Shown here: piece after piece, positions 9,536 to 19,968 of the stretch | Layout: every line of letters starts with the position of its first letter | How positions within the stretch are numbered: the first letter of the stretch is position 1 | Source of the DNA: Planctomycetota bacterium | GTDB taxonomy: Bacteria > Planctomycetota > UBA11346 | Length of the DNA: 55,268 bases | Direction: 5' to 3' | NCBI GenBank assembly: GCA_038213805.1 | Contig: JBBQSO010000029.1 | Location: 1-55,268 of the forward strand | The notes under the pieces: generated by a model | Told to the model about the DNA's origin: nothing | The model's input: the letters and a program-made list of their open reading frames with translations, nothing else | Databases searched by the model: none | Position numbers and translations under genes: made by a program

Positions 9536-9922
9536 ATGCCGATCGTGCGCTGCCCGACCACCGCCGACACCGCTGCGGCCCTCGCCCGCGTGCGCGGCCA
9601 GCGCGGCGCCGCGCTGTTCCTGTTCTTCGGCTCGCCCGACCCGGAGACCGGCCAGAGCTGGTGCGCGGACTGCGTCACCGCCGACCCGGTGCTGCGCAGC
9701 GCCTGTGCGCGCCTGCGCCCCGACCTGCCCCTGCATGAGTGCCCGGTCGGCCCCCGCAGCGCGTGGAAGAACCAGCCCGGGCACCCCTACCGCCAGGATG
9801 GCGAGCTGCACCTTGAGCGCATCCCGACCCTGATCCTCTATAGCGATGGCCTGGAGCGTGGCCGGCTGGTCGAGGCCGACTGCGCGATCCCCGAGCGGGT
9901 TGCGGCCTTCCTGGGCGACTGA
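9536..9922 (+). CDS. Thioredoxin-like protein, TXNDC17/TRP14 (DUF953) type
   Basis: F.GS.D.ETGQSWCADCV.A.P, VG.R..WK...HPYR, IPTL, LVE.DC. Confidence 0.8.
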   Translation: MPIVRCPTTADTAAALARVRGQRGAALFLFFGSPDPETGQSWCADCVTADPVLRSACARLRPDLPLHECPVGPRSAWKNQPGHPYRQDGELHLERIPTLILYSDGLERGRLVEADCAIPERVAAFLGD

Positions 9923-9928
9923 GCACCC

Positions 9929-10441
9929 ATGAACACCCCCAAGAAGACTCCCAAGGGCGCCAAGGCCAAGCCCGACGCCGACGCCGTCACGGTGATCCTC
10001 AAGAACCGCAAGCTGCGCCACGACTACGCGGTGCTCGACACCTGGGAGGCGGGCATGGTGCTGATGGGCAGCGAGGTCAAGAGCATCCGCGGCGGCGACG
10101 TCCAGATCGGCGATGCGCACGCGCGCTTCGAGAAGGGCGAGCTGTGGCTGTACGGCCTGCACGTGGGTGAGTACCGCCAGGCCGGAGTGTTCGGCCACAC
10201 CCCGCTGCAGCCACGCAAGCTGTTGCTCAAGAAGAAGGAGCTGGAAAAGCTGCACGAGCAGCTCAAGGGCAAGGGCCTGACCCTGATCCCCGACCAGGTG
10301 CACTTCCGTCGCGGCTACGCGCGCATCGTGATCTGCCTGGCCAAGGGCAAGACCCACGGCGACAAGCGGCAGGACATGGTCAAGCGCGCGACCCAGCGCG
10401 ATGTCGAGCGCGAGATGTCCAGGCGCACCAAGGAGCGCTGA
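9929..10441 (+). CDS. smpB: SsrA-binding protein
   Basis: NRK.RHDY, EAGMVL.GSEVKSIR, RKLLL.K.E, LAKGK..DKR. Confidence 0.96.
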   Translation: MNTPKKTPKGAKAKPDADAVTVILKNRKLRHDYAVLDTWEAGMVLMGSEVKSIRGGDVQIGDAHARFEKGELWLYGLHVGEYRQAGVFGHTPLQPRKLLLKKKELEKLHEQLKGKGLTLIPDQVHFRRGYARIVICLAKGKTHGDKRQDMVKRATQRDVEREMSRRTKER

Positions 10442-10451
10442 GATCCGGAGA

Positions 10452-10645
10452 GACGGATCGAACAGGAGGCGCGGAGACGCGGAGAATAGAGGAGGACGGC
10501 GGAGGACGGCCACTGGTCCGATAGCCACCTCGGTTATGTGAACGGTGGACCCGCAGGATGCGGTCAGGCGAGCCCGGCCCCCCTCTTCTCACCTCCGCGT
10601 CTCCGCGTCTTGTTTTATCCGGCTGTCCGCGTCAATCCGGCTGTC
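10452..10645. repeat. Family D inverted-repeat element (arms with two CGCGGAGA-type units and GGATARAACA)
   Basis: Left 10452-10485, right 10593-10627, duplicated ATCCGGCTGTC to 10645; arms homologous to 35132-35330 and 41793-41941. Confidence 0.85.
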
Positions 10646-10649
10646 GGCG

Positions 10650-12113
10650 TCAGTTGCCGCCGGCCTTCTTGCGGTCGCGCTCGGCCTGCGCGGCCTTGGC
10701 GCGCTCCTCGCGGGCCTTCATCTCGGCCTCGCAGGCTTTCATCGCGGCGTCCAGGGTCGGCTGCCACTCCGCTTCCTTCTTCAGGTCCTTGGCGAGCGGG
10801 CCCTTCTCGACGTCCTTGTAGGCGCAGGGGTAGATCTTGAGCGCGAAGATCACCGAACGCATCGCCAGCTTGGGGAAGTGCTGGCCGAGCTGCCGGCGCG
10901 CGTCGCCCAGGATCACCGCGGCGAACTCCGGCTTGCGCAGCTCGACGTCCTGCAGCGCCAAGCCGACGTCGACGGTGTTGTCGCGCATCGACACCATCTC
11001 CAGGCCGTTGTTCTGGCCCTGCAGGTGGTAGACGAAGATTTTGTGCAGGTCGACGAACTTGACCACGATCTCGTCGCTGACGGCGGTCGCCTGCAGGCTG
11101 CTGACCTTGCTGCTCGCGACCTTCTTCGAGGCCACCAGCGCCTTGATCGCCGGCAGGTCGAGGACGATGCGCGCCGCGGCCAGCAGCTTGGCGTTGGCCT
11201 GCAGGTACTGGTTGAACTCGGCGTTCTCGTCGGGGGCGCTCTTGTACAGCGTCGGGATGAGCAGGTCGACGTCGAGGTTGCGGGCCGACTTCATCATCAG
11301 CTTCTTGCCCGAGAATTCATAGCTGACGATGTGCTTGTTGGCCTCGTCGATGAGCACGAAGCGGTCGAGGGTGCCGGCGGAGACCCACGGGTCGCTGGTC
11401 TGCAGCGCGGCCGAGCCACCGCCCTCGGCCTGGGCCTTGAAGGCCGCGTCGATGGCCTCTTTCTGGTCCTTTTTGATGTCGTTGGGCAAGGCGTCGAGGA
11501 TCGCCTGCGGCAGGGGCGATGACTGGTAGCTCTGCGGCACGTAGAGGTCGGCGCCGTAGTTGCGCCAGCCGGCGAGCTGCGGTGCCTTGGTGCGGTCGGT
11601 GATCTCGTAGAACATCAGCACGTGCTTGGCCGGCACGCAGATCATGATCGCGGTCTGGCCCATCGCGGCGCGCACCACGCCGTCATAGGGGTGGTCCTTG
11701 GCCCAGAACTCGGTCTCGGCCTGCAGCACGCGGTCGCGCAGCGGCTTGAGTCCGGCCGCGGCTTCTTTGACGGTCGGCTTGTCGGGCAGCGCCTTGACCA
11801 GCAGCATCTCAGAGGGGATGTCCCAGTTCCCCGAGCCGACGCGCAGGGTGCTGAACACCTCGCCGTTGCGGTCGTCGTAGGGCCGGCCTTCAAGGATCTC
11901 GAGGTCGATCAGGAAGTTGGTGGCGCCCTGGCGGGTCAGCTGGCTGCCCTCGACGGTGTACATCGCGATGGTGCCCAGGCTGGCGTCGACCTCGGCATAG
12001 AAGGTGCTGTTGCCGCCGCTGCCGCCGTTGCCGGGGCGCAGGATCATCGGGGTCTCGGTCGCCGCTGCCCAGGCGAAGGCGGCGAGCAGGACGGTGATGA
12101 ACAGGATTCTCAT
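10650..12113 (-). CDS. Secreted hypothetical protein with four internal beta-rich repeats
   Basis: Signal peptide MRILFITVLLAAFAWA; typical codon usage; four repeats ending R(N/D)xxxD(L/V). Confidence 0.75.
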   Translation of the reverse strand: MRILFITVLLAAFAWAAATETPMILRPGNGGSGGNSTFYAEVDASLGTIAMYTVEGSQLTRQGATNFLIDLEILEGRPYDDRNGEVFSTLRVGSGNWDIPSEMLLVKALPDKPTVKEAAAGLKPLRDRVLQAETEFWAKDHPYDGVVRAAMGQTAIMICVPAKHVLMFYEITDRTKAPQLAGWRNYGADLYVPQSYQSSPLPQAILDALPNDIKKDQKEAIDAAFKAQAEGGGSAALQTSDPWVSAGTLDRFVLIDEANKHIVSYEFSGKKLMMKSARNLDVDLLIPTLYKSAPDENAEFNQYLQANAKLLAAARIVLDLPAIKALVASKKVASSKVSSLQATAVSDEIVVKFVDLHKIFVYHLQGQNNGLEMVSMRDNTVDVGLALQDVELRKPEFAAVILGDARRQLGQHFPKLAMRSVIFALKIYPCAYKDVEKGPLAKDLKKEAEWQPTLDAAMKACEAEMKAREERAKAAQAERDRKKAGGN

Positions 12114-12292
12114 GGCTGACTCCTGGGGAATGATGCCTGCGCGCAGGCAGGCAGGATGGTGGCCGTGCGCCGGGATCCGGTGCGGGTCCAGACGGCGGGC
12201 ACCCGGCGACTGTGTGCGTCGCCTGCTGTATGATACACCAGTGCGGCGGACATGTTGCCTGCAAACGACGAGGTCCACCGCGCCAGCCGGGT

Positions 12293-13435
12293 TCAGCGCT
12301 TCGCGTCGGGCGGCAGCACGAAGTCCTTCTGGTCGACCTTGTCCTGCACCCACTCGACGAAGCCGGGAAAGGGGCAGAGCAGCGCCGACAGCGTCAGTTC
12401 GGGCGACAGGGCGAGGGGCGGGTAGTGGTCCTTGACCATCAGGGCCAGGCGATCGCGGGTGTTCTTGCCGGCGAAGGCCTCGCGGTAGCTGGGATGCTGG
12501 CTGGCCAGGGCGACGCGCGCGTAGATCTCGTGCAGCTGCAGGATCTTCTGGATGAGGTGCGAGATGCGGAAGGCCTTCTGCCCGGTGGTCTGGCCCTGCA
12601 TGAAGGGATAGAGGTGCGCGGTTGCTTCGATCGCCTGCAGCCAGTGCAGCACGGTCGGGTGGTTGTCGCCGCTGAGGTCGAACTCGTCGCGGCTGAGGTA
12701 GCGCAGGAAGACTTCGCGGTAGAAGGCGCTGCGGATGCGGTCGCGCACCAGCAGCGTGCGCGCGGCTTTGCGCTCGGCCTCGGGCAGCACGCTGAGCGGC
12801 TCTTCGGCCTCGCGCGGCAGGGGCGGGTCACCGGCGACGTCGGCCCAGCTGGTGTCGGCCTCCTCGGCGCGGCGCATGCGGCGGATGGTGCGCAGGCTGC
12901 GGTCGGCGAACGAGGGCGTGTAGATCAGGCCATCGCTCAGCGACGGGGTGCCGAACACCGGCACGATCGGGTTGAGCAGGCGGCCGAGCAACGAGGCCGG
13001 CAGCTCGCGCAGGTCGCTGAGCGTCGGCGCCTCGCCCTGGCGCGCGGCGACCTCGCGGCGCACCTCGCGGTAGACGCCGATGACGTGCAGCTGCAGTGCT
13101 GCGATCTCGACGTTGCCGTCCTCGCGCAGCAGGCAGAGCTGCTCGACCAGCGCCGCGCGCAGCGTGCTGTCCTTGAAGTGCGGGTCCTCGGCGAGGTGGC
13201 GCATGGTCTTGGCGATGCGCGCCTTCTCGCTGTCGGCCTCAAGCTCGAGCAGCATGGCCTTGAGGCGGGGATGGTCGGTGTCGCCGGTGATCAGGCTGTC
13301 GGAGAGACTGCTCTCCATCTCTTCGACGAGCTTGCGGTGGCGCTCGACCAGCAGCGGCCGGCGCGCCTCGGCGATGAAGTCCATGGTGCTGTAAGCGTCG
13401 TCATGGTCGTCGATCGGGCCCGATTTCGCGCTCAT
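12293..13435 (-). CDS. Hypothetical helical protein
   Basis: Long ORF with typical codon usage; start placed at MSAKSG, downstream of the repeat array. Confidence 0.7.
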   Translation of the reverse strand: MSAKSGPIDDHDDAYSTMDFIAEARRPLLVERHRKLVEEMESSLSDSLITGDTDHPRLKAMLLELEADSEKARIAKTMRHLAEDPHFKDSTLRAALVEQLCLLREDGNVEIAALQLHVIGVYREVRREVAARQGEAPTLSDLRELPASLLGRLLNPIVPVFGTPSLSDGLIYTPSFADRSLRTIRRMRRAEEADTSWADVAGDPPLPREAEEPLSVLPEAERKAARTLLVRDRIRSAFYREVFLRYLSRDEFDLSGDNHPTVLHWLQAIEATAHLYPFMQGQTTGQKAFRISHLIQKILQLHEIYARVALASQHPSYREAFAGKNTRDRLALMVKDHYPPLALSPELTLSALLCPFPGFVEWVQDKVDQKDFVLPPDAKR

Positions 13436-13522
13436 ATGCCCCGGGTCTTGGCGCCGACTGGCGGGCTTTCCAGCGGGAACCGGGAATGCTGGCGGAGGGG
13501 TGTGGCGCAGGGGGCCCGGGGG

Positions 13523-13710
13523 GGCTGATGGCTGATGGCTGATGGCTGATGGCTGATGGCTGATGGCTGATGGCTGGCGGCTGGCGCCCCGAGCCCCTGG
13601 CCGGTGGCCTGGGGGCTCGGGACCCGAGGGATGCAGACTGCTGATACCCCGGGGGCAGAGAGCTGGCGCGCGAGCGCCGGCCATCAGCCATCAGCCATCA
13701 GCCATCAGCC
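13523..13710. repeat. Family A inverted cassette: (GGCTGAT)7(GGCTGGC)2 ... (GCCATCA)4
   Basis: Left arm 13523-13585, right arm 13680-13710; GC hairpin in the spacer. Confidence 0.95.
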
Positions 13711-13890
13711 GCCCGCCGCCCGCCCGCCCGCCCCGGGCCTCTGAGCTTCCCCTTGCGATGCTTCGCGGCGCTTTAGCGTGGGCGCGCCCCGGGGCGGGCC
13801 CAGCGCGACGCAGGGCCGGTCGCGGGGGTTTTTGCTGTCTGGCGGGGTGCGACGACCCTCTGCCGGCACCCCCACAGGATCGGCCCCATC

Positions 13891-15200
<1,310 letters not shown>

Positions 15201-15204
<4 letters not shown>

Positions 15205-15965
15205 GCGCCGCCGCGCCCCGCGATCCCGCCGCGGCTGCGCACGCGCGCGCCACGGGCCTCGACCCCGCGCGCCTGCCCCGGCACGTCGCGATCATCATGG
15301 ACGGCAACGGGCGCTGGGCCAAGGCGCGCGCCTGGGAACGCATCCGCGGCCACCGCCAGGGCGCCGACGTGGTGCGCGCGATCACCACCGAAAGCGTCAC
15401 GCTGGGCATCGCGCGCCTGACGCTGTACGCCTTTTCAAGCGAGAACTGGGCCCGACCGCAGCGCGAGGTCGACTACCTGATGACGCTGCTCGAGGAATTC
15501 CTGCGCGGCGAGCTGGCGACGCTGATGGCGAATGGCGTGCGCCTCGAGGCCATCGGCCAACTGGCGCGCCTGCCGCTGCGCGTGCGCGCCGCACTCGACG
15601 AGGTGCGCGCTGCCACCGCCGACAACCGCGCGATGGTGCTGTGCCTGGCGCTGAGCTACGGCGGCCGCGACGAACTGGTCGACGCCTGCCGGGCGATCGC
15701 CGCCGATGCCGCGGCCGGGCGCCTGGCCCCGGAAGCGGTCGACGCCGCCGCCGTGCAGGCGCGACTGTACGCCCCGCACGCCGAGGACGTCGATGTGGTG
15801 ATCCGCACCGCCGGCGAGATGCGCCTGTCCAACTTTCTCACCTGGCATGCCACCTACGCCGAGTACATCAGTGTCCCCGAACTGTGGCCCGAATTTGGCA
15901 TCGCCCCCTACCACACCGCCTTGCGCGAGTTCCAGGGCCGTGAGCGGCGCTTCGGCGGGGTGTGA
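15201..15965 (+). CDS. uppS: Undecaprenyl diphosphate synthase (isoprenyl transferase)
   Basis: HVAIIMDGNGRWA, YAFSSENW.RP, SYGGR, IRTAGE.RLSNFL; ATGA overlap with purA. Confidence 0.95.
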
Positions 15966-16003
15966 GCGGGGTTGGACGCTTTCCGCGTTGTTCGGGAGTG
16001 ATC

Positions 16004-16153
16004 GCCGCAGAGGCGTAGCGGGAAGTCAGGAGGGCCGCAGCGGGCAGCCCTGGCGGATGGTCCCTGCACATGGGCCTGGCCCGCTCCCCACCGCAGCCGA
16101 CGTCGCGTACGCCCCTCTACGGCCCTCCTGCCTGCCCTCTGCGTCGCTGCAGC
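16004..16153. repeat. Imperfect 42-bp inverted repeat with CGCAGAGG-like units
   Basis: 16004-16045 vs 16112-16153 match at 32 of 42 positions by manual alignment. Confidence 0.65.
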
Positions 16154-16280
16154 AAAAACCGTCAGGACGGGGCCTGGACGCGGCCTCGCCCCTCCACCAC
16201 GATCCGGTTAAGGTTTGCCGGTGCGGCTGTAGGCTGATCACCGCCGGACCGTCTCCTGCACGCCGACCAAGGACCCGACC

Positions 16281-17729
16281 ATGACCGTGCTCGCCCGCCT
16301 CGCCGCCGCTGCCCTGCTGATGCCCGCCCTCGCCGGGACCGCGTTCGCGGAGGACGCCACCACCGACCGCGACAAGGCGCGCGCCGAGCTGCACCAGATC
16401 GCGGCCGAGATCGGCAAGCTCTCGCACGCCTTCAACCTCATCCACGAAATCGTCGCGCCGAGCGTGGTCTCGATCCACACCAAGGGTCTGTACAAGCTCT
16501 CCAACCCGTTCAGCGGGCGCAGCGTCACGCGCGAGGTCGAGGCTGGCGAGGGCTCGGGCTTCATCTTCCACTCCGACGCCAAGAGCAGCTGGATCCTGAC
16601 CAACAGCCACGTCGTGCTGCAGACCAACCACGAGCAGGAATTCGTGCGCGACGCCAACGACCGCCCGGTCGGCTACGACAAGGTCGTCATCGGCCTGAAC
16701 GACAACCGCAACATCGAGGCCGAGTACGTCGGCTACTATCTGCTTTCCGACCTTGCGGTGCTGAAGATCCCGGTGCCGAACATGCCGACCATTGATTGGG
16801 CGGACTCAGATCACGCCAAGGTCGGCGACTGGGTGCTGGCGCTGGGCTTCCCGCTTGGCGTCGGCTACAGCGCGACCTCGGGCATCATCTCGGCAACCGA
16901 CCGCTCGACCGGAATCTACCAGAGCGTCGGCGGCTTCGACTCGTTCATCCAGACCGACGCGGCGATCAACCCCGGCAACAGCGGCGGTCCGCTGGTCAAC
17001 CTCGAGGGCCAGGTGGTCGGCATCAACGCCAGCATCATCAGCCGCACCGGCGCCAACATCGGCCTGGGCTTCGCCATCCCATCCAACCTGGCGCGACGCA
17101 TCGCCGATGACCTGCTGAAGTTCGGCAAGGTCAGCCGGCCGATGGTCGGCGTGCAGATCGAGGACGTCACTCCGGACGCCGCCAAGGCCCTGGGCCTGCC
17201 GCCGATCCAGACCGTGCGCATCGCCGAGGTCGTGCCCGGCAGCCCCGCCGCCACCGCCGGCCTGGTCAAGGACGACATCATCCTTTCGGTCAACAAGGCC
17301 AAGGTGGTGAGCCTGCAGCAGTTCCAGGCGCGCATCTGGACGAGCACACGCGGCGAACCGATCACCATGCGCATCTGGCGCGCCGGCGCCGAGCGCGACG
17401 TGCCGGTGGTGCCGGTCGGCGACGACGAACTGCGCGGGGTGCTCGCCAAGGCCGCGCAGCAGACCGCCGTGCAGCAGGGCGCGCCGCTCGGCGACTACGG
17501 CCTGTGGCTGACCACCGATGACGAGCCCGGCCTGCGCATCACCAAGGTCGACGACAAGAGCATCGCCGACCTCGCCCATCTCGCCGTCGGCGACCGCCTG
17601 CTGCACGAGCGCACCATCGGCGCGCTGCGCAGCCTCGACGACGTCGAACGCATGGCCAAGCGCCGCGAGATCACCGTGCAGGTGAGCAAGGACGGGCGTA
17701 ACTATTGGTTGAAGCTGAAGAGGCCGTGA
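16281..17729 (+). CDS. HtrA/DegP-family periplasmic serine protease with PDZ
   Basis: Signal peptide; GSGFI, LTNSHVV, DLAVLK, QTDAAINPGNSGGPL. Confidence 0.93.
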   Translation: MTVLARLAAAALLMPALAGTAFAEDATTDRDKARAELHQIAAEIGKLSHAFNLIHEIVAPSVVSIHTKGLYKLSNPFSGRSVTREVEAGEGSGFIFHSDAKSSWILTNSHVVLQTNHEQEFVRDANDRPVGYDKVVIGLNDNRNIEAEYVGYYLLSDLAVLKIPVPNMPTIDWADSDHAKVGDWVLALGFPLGVGYSATSGIISATDRSTGIYQSVGGFDSFIQTDAAINPGNSGGPLVNLEGQVVGINASIISRTGANIGLGFAIPSNLARRIADDLLKFGKVSRPMVGVQIEDVTPDAAKALGLPPIQTVRIAEVVPGSPAATAGLVKDDIILSVNKAKVVSLQQFQARIWTSTRGEPITMRIWRAGAERDVPVVPVGDDELRGVLAKAAQQTAVQQGAPLGDYGLWLTTDDEPGLRITKVDDKSIADLAHLAVGDRLLHERTIGALRSLDDVERMAKRREITVQVSKDGRNYWLKLKRP

Positions 17730-17736
17730 GAGAAAG

Positions 17737-17889
17737 GTCCGGAAGTCCGGGGTCCGGAAGTCGACAGCCAACCGAGGCTCCGAGAGGTCCTGCGCTTGGA
17801 GGGGGTGAATGAATCCAAGAGGCGGCCGCCAGGTCCAGGGCTGTCCGACTTCCGAACTTCCGGACTTCCGGACTCCGGACTTCCGGACC
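17737..17889. repeat. Family B inverted cassette (empty): (GTCCGGRR)3-GTCGACAGCC ... GGCTGTC-C(GACTTCCG)n
   Basis: Left arm 17737-17769, right arm 17839-17889, between convergent stops. Confidence 0.92.
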
Positions 17890-17892
17890 CTC

Positions 17893-18246
17893 TCACACCA
17901 CCGGCAGTTTCCAGACCCACGCGTAGAGAAAGAAAATCCCGGCGTACGCGAGCACGTGGACGAGCAGAGTCGGCAGCGGCAGCGGGATGGCCTGGACGAC
18001 GTCGTGGCCTTTGCTCACTCCGCTTTTGGCGAGCGGGTGCAGGAAGAACAGCAGCAGGCCGAGCATGCCCAGGACCGAGGCCATGGTCCACAGCACCTTG
18101 CCCCAGTTGGGCAGGGCGAAGGCCGCGACGCGCTGCTGGACAAGTTCCTGGACCGCCCCGACCAGCAGGATCGCCTCGCTGGCAATGAGGTTGCGGTGGC
18201 GCAGCCAGCGCGGCATGGACGAGCCTCTCTTCTTTTTCGGCGGCAT
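17893..18246 (-). CDS. Small hypothetical membrane protein (about 3 TM)
   Basis: Basic N-terminus followed by hydrophobic segments. Confidence 0.6.
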   Translation of the reverse strand: MPPKKKRGSSMPRWLRHRNLIASEAILLVGAVQELVQQRVAAFALPNWGKVLWTMASVLGMLGLLLFFLHPLAKSGVSKGHDVVQAIPLPLPTLLVHVLAYAGIFFLYAWVWKLPVV

Positions 18247-18466
18247 GGGCGACAGGATACGGACCGTGCCAGGGAGGCCATGGGCGAGGAGGGGCCAAGC
18301 GCGCTGCCTGTGCAGATGACCGTGGCTCGTGTCGCGCTGCGAGCTTCACGGTACGGGCTCGCGGTTCGGAACCGCACGCTCGCGCTTGGTGTCGCGCGTG
18401 TCGGGTCCCTGCCCTGACCGTGGGCCGCCCCCTTCCCAAGCGCGGGCCTGCCGGGATGATCCGCGC

Positions 18467-19255
18467 ATGCCGCTGACCAAACGCGTGATCGTGTGCCTGG
18501 ATGTGCGCGCCGGGCAGGTGACCAAGGGCGTCAAGTTCCAGGGCAACGTCGATCTCGGCGATCCGGTCGATTATGCGCGGCGCTATTACGAGCAGGGAGC
18601 GGACGAGCTGGTGTTCTACGACATCACCGCCTCGGCCGAGCAGCGCGGGTTGTTCGTCGACGTGGTGCGGCGCGTGGCCGAGGCGATCTTCATCCCCTTC
18701 TCGGTCGGCGGCGGCATCCGCTCGGTCGAGGCGATGCGCACGGTGCTGCTGGCCGGCGCCGAGAAGGTCTCGGTCAACTCACCGGCGGTGCGCGATCCGC
18801 AGCTCATCGCCGCGGGCGCGAAGGCCTTCGGCGCGCAGTGCGTGGTGCTGGGGATGGACGCGCGCCGCGTCCCCGCCAGCGCCGCCATCCCCTCCGGCTA
18901 CGAGGTCGTCATCGACGGTGGCCGCACTCCGACCGGCAAGGACGCGGTCGCCTGGGCGCGCGAGGCCGAGGCCCTGGGCGCCGGCGAGATCTGCCTGAAC
19001 GCCATCGACACCGATGGCGTGCGCCAGGGTTATGAACTGACTATCACCCGCCTGATCGCCGATGCGGTGCGCATTCCAGTGATCGCCTCCGGCGGCGGCG
19101 GCACCCCCGCCCACCTCGCCGCCGCGCTCGATGCCGGGCCTGCCGGCGGCCACGCCGACGCGGCGCTGATCGCGAGCATGGTGCATTATGGGGATTACAC
19201 AGTCGACAGCATCAAGCGCGAGCTCCAGGCGACCGGAGTGGCGGTACGGGTCTAG
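18467..19255 (+). CDS. hisF: Imidazole glycerol phosphate synthase cyclase subunit
   Basis: [53 protein letters not shown]. Confidence 0.97.
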   Translation: MPLTKRVIVCLDVRAGQVTKGVKFQGNVDLGDPVDYARRYYEQGADELVFYDITASAEQRGLFVDVVRRVAEAIFIPFSVGGGIRSVEAMRTVLLAGAEKVSVNSPAVRDPQLIAAGAKAFGAQCVVLGMDARRVPASAAIPSGYEVVIDGGRTPTGKDAVAWAREAEALGAGEICLNAIDTDGVRQGYELTITRLIADAVRIPVIASGGGGTPAHLAAALDAGPAGGHADAALIASMVHYGDYTVDSIKRELQATGVAVRV

Positions 19256-19268
19256 GGCATCGCGCGAT

Positions 19269-19361
19269 GCTGATGGCTGATGGCTGATGGCTGATGGCTG
19301 ATGGCTGATGGCTGATGGCTGATGGCTGATGGCTGATGGCTGATGGCTGATGGCTGATGGC
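19269..19361 (+). repeat. Family A single-arm array, about 13 x GGCTGAT
   Basis: Begins 14 nt after the hisF stop; preceded by palindrome GCATCGCGCGATGC (19257-19270); no inverted arm seen. Confidence 0.95.
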
Positions 19362-19489
19362 CCAGGGATTCCGGAGTTATTCCCGACCGCAAGGATCGGA
19401 TCGCGCGCCTTACCCTGCATTGCTCGCGCCTCGCGCCACCCCGACCCGTTCCGGCCTTGCGTCCCATCGCTGAGCGTCGAGAAAGGCGC

Positions 19490-19957
19490 ATGCATCTGAC
19501 CCTGCTCCGCCATGCCAAGGCCACCGATCGCGAAGAGTGGAGCGAGAGTGACACCGATCGGCCGCTCACCAAGGCGGGCATCGAGCAGGCCCGGCGCGTG
19601 CTCGTGGCAACCGCGCCGCTGATCACCGCCAGCGAGATCTGGTCCAGTCCGTGGCTGCGCGCGCGTCAGACCGGCGAGCTGGCGAGCAGCGTGTGGGAGC
19701 TGCCGCTGCGCGAGATGCCGTGGCTCGCCGGCGAGGCGCTGCCACCCGCGGAGCGCGCTGCGCGCCTCGAACGCCGCACCGACACCGTGCTGGTCGGCCA
19801 CGAACCCGACCTCGGCGAGCTGGCGCGCTTCTTGTGCGGTGCGCGCCTCGACCTCAAGAAGTGCGGGCTGGTGCTGCTGGTGGGCGACCCGGTGTCGGGC
19901 GGCATGACCCTGCGCGGGTTATGGTCGCCCAAGATGGTGCTCGGCCTGGACGGCTGA
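19490..19957 (+). CDS. sixA: SixA-like phosphohistidine phosphatase
   Basis: LLRHAKA, D.DRPLT..G, SSPWLRARQT, LVGHEPDL. Confidence 0.88.
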   Translation: MHLTLLRHAKATDREEWSESDTDRPLTKAGIEQARRVLVATAPLITASEIWSSPWLRARQTGELASSVWELPLREMPWLAGEALPPAERAARLERRTDTVLVGHEPDLGELARFLCGARLDLKKCGLVLLVGDPVSGGMTLRGLWSPKMVLGLDG

Positions 19958-19968
19958 GCGGTACCGCG

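Noticed and set aside
10442..10649. tmRNA next to smpB
   Set aside because: Too short, lacks tRNA-like ends, and is explained by a family D element.
13436..13684. N-terminal ORF extension and other ORFs encoding SHQPSAI or ADG repeats
   Set aside because: These are translations of the heptamer arrays, whose ATCAGCC strand has no stops; better starts exist downstream.
17737..17769. SRP RNA (GGTCCGGAAG resembles its conserved loop)
   Set aside because: The following GAAGCAGC and helix are missing; the motif is a tandem repeat unit.
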